64,000 nucleotides of DNA from Azolla caroliniana (lineage: Eukaryota; Plantae; Polypodiophyta), in the NCBI GenBank assembly GCA_043228905.1, contig JBHGNT010000011.1, forward strand, positions 14,260,001 through 14,324,000. Direction: 5' to 3'. A program made the translations under genes and the position numbers. Within the stretch, counting starts at the first letter, position 1, and every line of letters begins with the position of its first letter. The notes below the pieces were generated by a model. That model was given only the letters and a program-made list of their open reading frames with translations, was not told where the DNA came from and did not search any database. Below are positions 1-11,500 of this stretch, one piece after another.

Positions 1-1
1 A

Positions 2-277
2 ATTAATAATGATGGCGTCATCATGGGGTGCCATGGCCCGCTCGATGATGTGATGATGCATGAGATGAGGTTTGAAGGCGGGAGTGATAGTTGGGTCGTC
101 GAGTGTCCTTGTGGCGCGAGGGATGATGATGGCGAGAGGATGATTGCTTGCGATGTTTGCGAGGTCTGGCAACACACGAGGTGCGCCAACATCGCTGACT
201 CGGATCCCGTCCCTCAACGATTCCTCTGTAACAATTGCTCCATGGGTTTCTTCAAATCCATGGATGCTTTGAAGTAA
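2..277 (+). CDS. 3' end (last exon, partial) of an MS1/MMD1-like PHD-finger protein
   Basis: Frame open from the window edge to TAA at 275-277; C-terminal PHD finger 'FEGGSDSWVVECPCGARDDDGERMIACDVCEVWQHTRC...FLCNNC' typical of the plant MALE STERILITY1/MMD1 family. Confidence 0.85.
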   Translation: MNNDGVIMGCHGPLDDVMMHEMRFEGGSDSWVVECPCGARDDDGERMIACDVCEVWQHTRCANIADSDPVPQRFLCNNCSMGFFKSMDALK

Positions 278-337
278 AATATCTAGGACCTTACTCAAAC
301 TTGTAGACTCTAGAGCATTGAAAAAGAGATATGAATC

Positions 338-581
338 TGTGGTTGGTTGTTATATTTCTTCATACAAGTAATTGATCATTGGCATAATTTCATCGTTGTA
401 TTACTAGATTGATCCCAAATCAATGTTGTAAGAAACCAACTAACCCTAGACTAAACCTTAATCTCTCCACTTGTATCATGTGGTTGGTGTTATATTTCTT
501 CATACAAGTAACTCATCATTGGAATAATTTCATCATTGTATCACTAGATTGATCCCAAATCAAATGTTCTAAGTAACCAAC
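338..581. repeat. Diverged tandem duplication, two copies of a ~105-bp core with ~141-bp period, downstream of the PHD gene stop
   Basis: tgtggttggt(t)gttatatttcttcatacaagtaa...actagattgatcccaaatcaa...aaccaac at 338-440 and 479-581. Confidence 0.85.
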
Positions 582-1507
582 CCTACTAAACCTTAGTGTC
601 TACGGTAGTATCATACTACATTTAAGTCCATATAGATAGATGATTGTTCATTTCTCCTTTAACTAGACATTGGGTGTCTTGGGTAAACTCGGAATGCTAA
701 TATGACATTTGCTAAGAAGTTTTGCTTTTTTAACTCCCTTAATGAGCTTACCACAAGTGGTAAACTTTTAGTCACATCTCTTAAATTACATGCCACATTG
801 GTGCATCAAACTAATGATGTCACCATCTTTAAATCATCAATACATACACACGTGATAATTTTACTTACACCAAATGACTAGCTTGTTTGTATAAAGTTTT
901 CATTGATAACCCTTTGTAAAAAGAAGAGTAAGGGTATATTTGGTGAAGGCTTTTTCTTATGACACTTCAGAGTATACCTCTCTAGTTTGAGGTAAACTCA
1001 AGAGTAAGTTGCAACCCTTCAAACTAGGGATTTCCAAATATACCCCCTCACATAACATGCATCATCAAGTTTTGTTTTTTTTCCAAAATAATGCATCATC
1101 AAGTCTTAAAAGCCCATGTTAATTTTATACATCCATCAATGCCTTTATATCCATAGGATTCTGTAATGTTTGAAACAATTATTTAATTTACCAAGTACAT
1201 GGTCCAACGTCAATACTACTAGTTGTTGAATGATGTCTTCCTTTATCTTTTATTAGTATTTGATAAGCTCACACAATTGTTGTAACACTATTGGGAATGA
1301 TCATATGTCAATTCACTTTTTTCAACACACTTTATTAATTGCATCCCTTCATAGTATTAGGTTCTATATTTTCTTAAATTAGGTGTATGGTTGATAGACT
1401 ATAATAACATTTTGACAAGCATAATCTTCCTTAACATGGTCATCTATTGATCAAAATGAAGTTGCCCTAAACAAGCTAATTGTACTTGTTATCAGGTTCA
1501 ATCGTAT

Positions 1508-1606
1508 TTAGGTTGGGTCAAACTAGTATTGAAATATATATATCAATTAGGTTTGGGTCAAACTAGTATTCAATTATATATATCAATTAGGTTGGGTCAA
1601 ACTAAT
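1508..1606. repeat. ~39-40-bp minisatellite, about 2.5 copies
   Basis: ttaggttgggtcaaactagtatt(g/c)aa(a/t)tatatatatcaa repeated head to tail. Confidence 0.85.
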
Positions 1607-2787
1607 TCTTTTGTATTTGGCATTGTCCTCAATATTAATGTTCGATGAAGTTTTTGTATTGGTTTCATTGGGTTAGATTATTCTTCATTTGTAAGCGTTA
1701 GGTAATATCTAGAGTGCAATGGTTTGCCTTAGTTAAGCTAGTCTTATGGTTATGTAAATATTTCTTTCTCTTTATTGACATCTCTCTCAAATTTGGCCTT
1801 AGAAGACGTTAATATATCTTTCTTTCTCACCAACATCAATATTATTAGGAAAGAAAACTTTAAAGAACCCTTGAGTTATTTCCCTAAGGTTTTCGTTATT
1901 TCCCTAAAATGCCTTGTGGCAACACCCAAAATCAATTGTTGAAAGATAACAAATACTCGAGAGAAAGAGGCATAAATTGACAATTTAATTTTTTAAGTTA
2001 CACATGGGGGGAAGGGGATTAAGCAATTGTAAATTTGGGAAATAAAAAACATTTGTGGAAAATTCCCCTTAATTTAATTTACATATACTACAAAGTCTTT
2101 TGTAAATGATTTGGTGATATTGTTGATATGAGTATATTTGTTATATTTATTAGTTGATGGAGCTAACGAACCTATATTACTCATGTAATCCATCTTTGTT
2201 AAATTAAGCTAACTATATTTGCACTTCTTTTAGTTTCCTCTTCACGTTTGCATCATTTTCAACTCCTTGTTGTACCCTCAAAATGAAATCCCCATTTTCC
2301 AAGGTTTAGAAATTAGGGTTTGGGGACTTCACAACATGAACAAGAGTTTGTATAAACCTATAATTTTACAAGATGAGCTTAACACAATCAGATTATATAC
2401 TTTCGTGAAAAATGGAAGTTCTATGAAATGCTTTGAAATCATGGTTTTCGAAATTCTGCCTTAGGCTTGATTGCTCTCAACAAATCTAGTGAAAGAAGTG
2501 TTACTTTGAGAGTTTCCATAAGTAACTGGAGAAGTTGGTTGGAAGGTAACTTGTCAAGTATATTCACTTACCTTCTAGTTGTGTCAATTACCCTTTGTAG
2601 AACATTGAAATGAAAATTGACTAGCACCAAACTTAACACTACAAAGCTTCTGAACTGGGAGCAGACAAAATGAGAGAAAGAATGAAAGATATATTAACGT
2701 CTTTTAAGAGGCCAAAATGACCAATAAAACCACACAGGAGTTTACATCTTGAACGATTCTCATCTTCGAGAACAATGCCAAAAAAAA

Positions 2788-2971
2788 AAATGTTACTAAA
2801 TAAAAAAACTAAATAAGATAAAAAGAGACTAAAGAGATTAATATTCAGCCTTCCAATGTATGATGAGTCATCCAATACAAAATAAATAAATGTTACTAAA
2901 TAAAAAAACTAAAAAAGATAAAAAGAGACTAAAGAGATTAATATTCAGCCTTCCAATGTATGATGAGTCAT
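2788..2971. repeat. Near-identical direct repeat, 2 x ~84 bp, 100-bp period
   Basis: aaatgttactaaataaaaaaactaaa...ccttccaatgtatgatgagtcat at 2788-2871 and 2888-2971. Confidence 0.9.
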
Positions 2972-3877
2972 TGGATGAATGATTTTGGCCCTATCTATAC
3001 CTTGGTTTGAATTTTGATTTCTAAATAGATTTGTTTATTTGGCTACCAAATAGGCATCCAGGAATGCTGTTACATCTAGGTCTTTCGCTAGAATTTTGCG
3101 GAATCGTATACTTTGTTATCGCAATTTTAGATTGCCCATGACTATAAGGAGGATTTGGATGCAGACATTATGTTTAAATCCATGCCTCCAATCATAGTTC
3201 AGAATTACTCATTAGATGAGGAAATACCAAACTACATATTTTGATAAGTACCACTGGATTAGGCAACAAAGACTCATATAGATGCCACTGTTCATAGTTA
3301 CAATCGTGTATACAGTCACAATTTACCAATCATTGTTTTTTCCACTTTTCACTCCACGAAATGGTACAACCTTTGGACCAACTCATGAAATCTCTCCCCT
3401 TCATAAGCCTAAGCATAAAAACATCAAACTTACATTGCTTTAAAAAGTTTGTGAGTTGGAAGCTGGACTGGATAAGCCATGATAGCCATCAGTGTAGCCA
3501 ATACTACAGATTGATTTGAATGATTCAATGAATAAAAATCTAATGGGACACAATTAATTAAGCAATTTGCTGTATGTCAAATCATCTTGCCTTTTTCGCA
3601 AGAGTTACCCAGTTCTGCATTGAGTATTAATAACCATGTTGGATTAGAAAACTGCTGTATAAATGGTTAGTGGAGTTAAGTACCAGCTCTTACCCTCGAC
3701 TTTATATGAGTATCTTACGGCTTTTTTCTTTCCTTATTAGCATCAGTTAAGGATTTTTAGTTAGTAAGTTCCTCCAATCACATAATATATCGCAAAAAGT
3801 TCACCTGAAGAATTTACATAATTCTAACCTATACAAGACCATAAATTGTCTTCACTTAATGATATTAGTAATGAAGC

Positions 3878-6800
3878 TTATATTTCTGTCAATACCAAGA
3901 GATAAAGTATAACTGCATAAACAACGAAAAGAGAGATCGCTATTTGTACCAACAACCGGGGGTTATCTCGCATGGTTGGGGCTGCAATAGACCTATAGAA
4001 AAACATTCAAACACTTAATAAGAGAATATACCAACAATAGAAACATTCTGGTTTTAGCTATTTACCGAGCTATTTTATTAGCTAGACGGTAGAATGGTAG
4101 GCTCTGAATGAAGACTACTCCAGGCCCAGTGAGATGTGCTGCATACACACCATCACCCTAAAGCGAAAATGGGTTAATCACATACACTAATTAAGCCATC
4201 TGTATGTTGTATTAAATATGATAGAAATGCAACAAATTTCCCCTTGGTTTTTAAAATGGATATAACATCTAACGAATACGGAACTGAATTTACTACTACG
4301 TACAGGAATTTTGGTACTTTAGAGAACTTAGGGTAGCTAAATACCAGCATTAGAGTTCTGCTCTAAAAATTAAATATTTCATAGTCAAGAAGAGATTGAG
4401 ACAAACCCCTAAAAGTGTCCGCCTAACACTCCCTGTATACTTTACTTGCATATCTACCAACCTTGTCATGGCCACAACACAGCCTGCATCAACCACTATT
4501 ACCTCTCCTTCTGTTAAATTCTTTTGCACAACTGAACAAGAATAAGAAATATTAATGAAAACCTGTGCAATATACAAAGAAACCTTTGAAAACTCATATT
4601 TTGAAGCATCATAATACTTTCAACCTTATGAGAACATCTGATAAGAAAAATATAGAATATTATATAAGAGTACAGTCAAAACCAGAATAGAGGAATTTGA
4701 AATATCTACAATTAGTATTCAAGAACAATGTCATATTATGTTGGGGTATATAGTTAAAAATGAAGAGAATTTCAGGTCCTTGTTCTCTTCTACACTTATG
4801 TCTCATACCACATATGCCATGGTATCAATGGTAACCATGACATGTTCATGTCTTTAAAAGAATTTTAAAGTAAAATTACAAAAGCTCACTCCCAAGTCAG
4901 ACTGAGTAAATGTGGAAGCCTACTTACTGGACCCGCCGACAGTTATGAACGCCAATCCTTGTCCAATGAGCCTGTGCATCAGAAATCCCTGGAATTGTTC
5001 CACAAAGTGGAAAAGCAGATCAACTCAAAGCATCGGATATGTGGAAGATAATGAATTTGTAGCCCAGCACGCATGAAAGAAGAACATGAATTAAACGGAT
5101 AGTATATTGGGAAGAATAAATTGGATTCAGAGCAGTATAAGTGAAAAGGAATTGATGGACTTACTTCCCCACCAAACAATCTGTTCCGAGCTCTTCGCAT
5201 GCTTGTAGGCACCACGGTGACATCATTGATTGAGCACAAGTAGACATCTGGCTGAGTGGGCAAATAAATAGCATTAATACCCTTAATGTACTAGGAAAAA
5301 GAGACAAGGACTGGGAAGATTTTATACCTGGCATATAATCTCTCCTCCAAACCTAGCCAAGTCAATCTATTAAACAAAAATACTAACATGATATGACTTT
5401 TAAAATATGTAATAGATCCAACAGTTACAAAACATTCAGAAAAATTTAAAACTGTAGCAGTTCCAATCTGTCATCATGAGATCTAAGTCAGTTTACAAGG
5501 TCTGGAATGAAACTAACCGGCAATATTCTAGACAGAGATGGTGCTGCAATGCCAATATACGCATCTTGAGCTCCTAGGTTAGTATATCTGCCAATTTCAA
5601 AGATCGTTTTCCTGATAGAACCATAGGAGAGTGATGATTTTAGACAAATGAAGCCAAATTATTAATAATATACATTGTGGTGTTGGGACTCCTTCCAAAC
5701 ATCAACTGCCAGAGATTTACACCCACAATCTCTGGAGGCAAGATGTTCTCCATATGAATTGATGCTGCCATGTAGCACATTGTTCCTACATAAGTATCAT
5801 CAATGAACATTCTTATTTCAGCTTATTGTGTAATCTATATCTTTCCCCACCAAAATTATATAGAAATCATAACACATACCCGGCCTTGCAAGGATTTTCT
5901 CTTGAGTCTTCAGCATTATCTACAATTTCAATGCAAACATGGTACACATCCAACAAAGTTTTTAAGTTCCAAAGTCCATAGTGTCTTACACCAGATATCC
6001 ATTACATGCAAATTTATAATCACAATTTTCTCCATCTTAAAATATGGAGATATGAAACTACCTGCACAATCTGTGCTTCACCTCCAAGTATTTGGAATGG
6101 AATACAATCAGCTTGTGGACTCTGAGATAAGATTGAAATTCTGAGTGAGTTTATCGGATTTGAATATACTATTTTCTCTGATGATAAATAAAATATAAAA
6201 TGTACATGACAAACACATTCTACACATCAAGGGGGGGCAAACCACATTCATGTTTTGTACCCTAATAGAAGATATGAAAAATATCACTTGCTAAAGTAAC
6301 AATGTAATGCACTATGTTAAATATCATGTTAATATCTCTTGCTGAAGTAACAAGGTAATGCACTTGTTAAATGTATCTCACATGATATAGATATGAAAAT
6401 GGTATCTCCTATAGTAACAAGCTAATAAATTATAAATAAGCTGCTAATATCTCTAGTGATAAATAGTAATATTTTGCTTCCAAAGATGCAATGAAAATTC
6501 TTTTAACTGCATCAGATAACATGAAAATGATGACTTGCAAAAGAAACATGATGTGGAATGTACTAAAAAACATTGTTGATATTTTCTGGAAAGTACTGAA
6601 CCTATACATAATGTACCAAGCTTATTAATGATGAGGAGATAGAAGAAACAATGTAATGGTAAAGAGGTATTGAAGGAGGAAGATTTGTTCTAGTGAAAAT
6701 AGTACGAAATATTGATATTCTGATCTAAAAACGTAATAAATTGAGAAAATAATAAAATTATTTGGTCACTGGATCAGAGAACGTGTATGCTGATATGAAA

Positions 6801-7506
6801 ATGATTGCTTTTTCCAGTAACAAATCTTATGCTGAGTTAGGAGTACGAAATACAAAACAGCTGCTGATATTTTGCTGTAGAAAATAGATACGGAAACATT
6901 ATAAACAAAATGACAATGCAGATATAGCAGAATATTATTAGCTACAGAAAAAAAGCTAATGAATTAGGATGATAAATAGTTAACTTTTTAGTGCAAGATG
7001 ATAGAGATTGAGTCCGTGAAATTTTGAATTGTATTCGAAAGCATTCAAACTCCATACAATTCGTATTTGTTAAATCAGGCACTCAGAATCAGAAGAAATT
7101 TCTGTTGTCTTCACTAAAATAATTAAGCATTCATAAAAGGCATGGATCTGATAGAGAAAAGTGTCTATTTAGATTCTCCCTCTCTCTCATGCTTGTAAAC
7201 CCATCTTCAAAATATTTTCATCACATGCATTAAGATATTTATCAGGGATCTTTAGGAAACCTGGAGCTTTTACTTTTGTTTCAGATGGATAGCATGAATT
7301 CACCAATATTTGCAATCATGATTTTCCTTGTTGTGGAAGTTAAAACATCTTCGTTTCTCTTCTTCATTCGACAAGAATATATGTAATGGATCTTGCCGAA
7401 AACATTTCTCACGTGAATGTTGGAGATATTTAGGAGAAAATGGATGGAGGCAAAATACCTGGTATACATACGGCTGGAAAGGCGTGGAAAGAGCAGGAGC
7501 CGCCAT
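3878..7506 (-). CDS. AIM24: AIM24-family (altered inheritance of mitochondria 24-like) protein, ~11 coding exons
   Basis: GT-AG exons spliced by eye: 7506-7459 MAAPALSTPFQPYVYQ; 6121-6062 SPQADCIPFQILGGEAQIVQ; 5919-5880 IMLKTQEKILARPG; 5785-5674 TMCYMAASIHMEN...; then YIGIAAPSLSRILP, IDLARFGGEIICQ, PDVYLCSINDV, GQGLAFITVGGS, VVQKNLTEGE...VDAGCVVAMT, LTGPGVVFIQSLPFYRLA and a hydrophobic tail ending VLTEI* (TAA 3878-3880). Matches my recollection of plant AIM24 proteins throughout. Confidence 0.88.
6270..6900. repeat. Degenerate ~50-60-bp tandem array in AIM24 intron 1
   Basis: Recurrent gatatgaaaa...cttgct(a/g)aagtaacaa(t/g)gtaatgcact motifs; the two best copies are at 6281-6321 and 6331-6371; limits approximate. 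Confidence 0.55.
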
Positions 7507-8505
7507 AGCCCAAAGATCTCAAAGCTGTGTGTGCGTACGCGACTGTGTATGCACATATGTGTATGTGTGCAGAAGAAAAGCATGGGTTCATTAATTCGTA
7601 GTAGACAGGTTGAAACAGACAGAGAAGTTTGCAAACCTAGGCCTACAGTTCTGTACAATTACAGACGTGACCAAAGTAATAAAGTGAAGTAAGAACACCA
7701 TCAATCATCTCTTCCTCACAGCAATGTCTTTCTTTGCTGGCTTCATTCAGCAGGATACACAGCAGTTCTTGTTCTTTCATGAGATTGTCGGTGTCCACTC
7801 ATCTGTGGCCCCAAATCATGATGGAACACTTTGAAACTAACCAACCAAGTTGATTAGGATGCTTCCTTGTCTCCGCATATATTTCATCTGTTTCACACTC
7901 TAGGATTGCTTCGTCCAATAGCGTATTACTTTTATAAATATGCAATGAAAAAACCAAAAGATTTTGAACAAATTCACAATAGCCCCATAACGTATTATTT
8001 TTATTAATATGCAATGACAAATTCACTTAATCGCGATTTGAGGAGTGATGCCCCCAATCCCATATGGGTAGCCCACCAACAGAAAGCTACTCCTTGGAAT
8101 TCGACAAAATGACCTTTTAGAAACAGTGCCATTAACTTAATTTTGGCAGCTCACTCATTTATGTGGAGCCTTCATGCTGATTTGGGAAGTCCATTTTTTG
8201 CTTTTCACCATGTCCAATTTGCAAAAGAAAAATATCATTCTAATTAGAAACGAAATTTTCTTTCTTTATTCAAACAGTTGGTTCATTCTTCATTGTTCTG
8301 TGGAGAATCATTTTACAACGAATGTTTCTTGTTTAGTTTTTCATGCTGGCAATTGACTCATTATTAGCTGCTTCTTCAAAATACAAAAATTTCATATTCA
8401 AATTTTCTTTGTCAATCGTCACTAGCAAGACACGACTTATATATAAAGATCATACTTGGCTCAGTTCACTATTTCAAGATAAATGTAGGGTTTGATGTTT
8501 ACGAC

Positions 8506-11500
8506 CTAATGCTCGTTGTGTTCAAACTTCTCCTTCCATTGCAGAAATTGTTTCTCATGCAGCTGTTATCTGAACATATGTAGAGAAGGCATGTCTCATA
8601 TGTCAAAGATGAGATCCAACAATATAAGGTATTTTAAGTCCACACCCATGACCATATTTTACCTCAACAATTTAAAATGAGAGTTAAACTACAAGAAAAT
8701 TGAGAAATATATGTTGAAAAGCTGTTTAAACATTTGCCACATGCTATATACATAGGGTGGAAATCTCAATCTCGATGATTCATCTGTTAAAAAGATAATA
8801 GGCATTACGCCTCCAACTTAGAACACATCAAAGGTAATTTACAGATGTTACAGAACCAAGTATGCAGAACTAAACATAACAGATATAGTACATAGATTCT
8901 TGCTGTATTCCAGTAATAAATGGGGCTGTAGAAGAACTATAACGCCCCTTCTTGCAGGTGGGCAAAAATTTAATACATGCAGCCATCAATTCTTTTCTTT
9001 CCTTTCCTTTTTACATTGTTTACAGAGCCAGATATATGTAATTATTACTGCACTTTCCGTCTGCGAGTTCGCCATGTTGCCTGAAAAGATATATTTCAAC
9101 ACAATCAATAAATAGATTCTTACCAGAGTTTCATCCTCCTCCGATGCTGCAAAGATATATTTCAACACAATCAATAAACAGATTCTTACCAGAGTTTCAT
9201 CCTCCTCCGATGCTCTTTCTACATTACTTTCATCCTCAACTGGAACTTTACCTCTCTTTTGTAAATCTCCATCTGCCATGCACGCACAAATGCATCAAGA
9301 AAAACCATACTTTCCATTCAAAATTTATCCAGAATTTGGGGATGCTACAGTTGACGTAATAGGCCTCAGTAATGGTTAAACGCTTTTCTAATATCTTTAA
9401 AAGAAATGACAGATATTATCAACTCTTTATTTACCTTTTTCTACAAGGGAAGCTTGATGATCAGGCTGATCTTCAGCTCCATTAGCTGCATGTTTTTGTA
9501 TGATTTTATTTTCCACCGTCATCACAGGTTTCCCTTTCCTGAAATCTCCAAGGACACTTTATGAAATAGCAGATACTTAAAGATATTTTTAAAACATTTT
9601 ATGAACATTTGCTATGTTTTTTCTTCAAGTCACCAAACCATACCTTGCATCTGTGCTTGAAAGCAGAGCTGGTTCTGCCTGTAAACAAATAGCAATCTAT
9701 AAATATGGCATTTATGTCTACGAAGAAAAGATGTTGCCTACCTGGACAAACCATGAACTGTCATACCTCGACAGCTTTTCTAGTCTGTGTTTGTGGTCGT
9801 CTATCTTCTTCTTCAATAGATGACAAGTGCCCATCAGGGTCTCCTGTAGCATCATTTGCAACAGCATCTAATTGCTTGCCCAGTTTCAATCGCTTTGACA
9901 CATTTTTATATACAGATATAGATGATTCATCATCTTTCCCTTCCTCTAGGTCTGTCTCCACTACCGTGGTTCTTTCCAGAACATGGATCCCAATAGCTTG
10001 GCTTCTTGTCATCCTGACAGGTCTTGTTTCATTTTTAAAGGATAATGGAAGATCATCAGACTGTGGAACCACCACACCTACTTTGTACCTACTTGTGCCA
10101 TGAGCACCAGCCTTCAAATTTTCATCTTCTTCAAAATCACTCCCTGATGTATCTGATTCTTCTATTGTCCTTGATCTGGCCCTCCTTCGTTTCTGAGCTT
10201 TTTTCTGTGGCGATTTATGACCATTCCTGGATCTCTTTTCATTTTCTTGCATCACCTGAACTGATTCAGCATCCTTCATTTCCTTCTCTCCATTTTGATC
10301 CAACGATGAACTAACATCTGCATCCTTCTTGGGTTTTTTGGTATGCTGATTGGACCCCAAAAGATGCACCTGCAAGATTTGACGTAAAGCTTACTAATTC
10401 AATTTATGTAAACTGTAAAAGCTTATTCCACCAATCTTAATGCATCTCCAGAACGACAATCTTAAATGTTGTGTTCAGACCCAGCAGGCAAAATATCATC
10501 AGGAAGAAAAATAAACTATTAGATTTGGATTTGACTCCAACAATAAAGGTACTTAAGTAAGAACTAGACTACATCCCATGTAAATGCATGAAGTAAAGTA
10601 AGAACAAGACTACAACCCACTTAAATGCGTGAAGTAAACTACCTGGCCAGGTCGAGAAGCTCTCAACCATAGCTGTGAGAGGAAATCATCATCAGTGAGG
10701 CATGCTGGTAGATCACTACCATCAACCTGAAAATAAAAATATGAGACCTTCAATCATTACGTATTCCATAAATTATATGCTACCAGGTTATCTGTAAGTA
10801 CCATATTCTGTTCGTCGTCGTCGTCCTTTCTTGAACTATAGAATGAGTTTGGCAGTGGTATTAAACCAGGATAAGTGTCAGAATACAATAAACTGCTTCC
10901 AAGCTCTTTTGTGATAATGATACCAATGTCACATACAATCCGTATGTTCTATAAAGAGAGAAAAACCAATAATCAGTAAAATAAATTATATGTAGAAATG
11001 AAAGCTGTAATCATGAGATGTGGGAGTTCTAACCAGATTTCATGTATCTATGAATGCAGTGATACTAAAAGACCTGACAAACAACTCTCAACCTTTCACT
11101 TGCACATTTTGTACAAAGCACTCTATACGTTCAATGAATCATAATAATTGCAGAATTGAAACGCATTTCAATGACATGCATGCATGCACCGGCAGCTCAC
11201 TGTAGGTCTCGTAAAGACAAAACATATATTAAACTTTAGTGGCATATAATCCTGTGGCCTATGATGAGCATTGACATACCTTCAGAAACAAAAATAAAAT
11301 ATCAAATGAAATGGATATGAACTTTGTGTAACACTAGCTGGACAAGAAAGTGTAGGGTTCAGGGTTGTCAAGGTCCGAAGCAGTAAAATAGAGAGAGCAT
11401 AAAGAAGACATGGAATGTGTTCATGAGATTGCAGCTCAATCATCGTAAAAGAACATAAACCTATGCATGCAACATTCAAAATGGTTGAAAAATGGACTAA

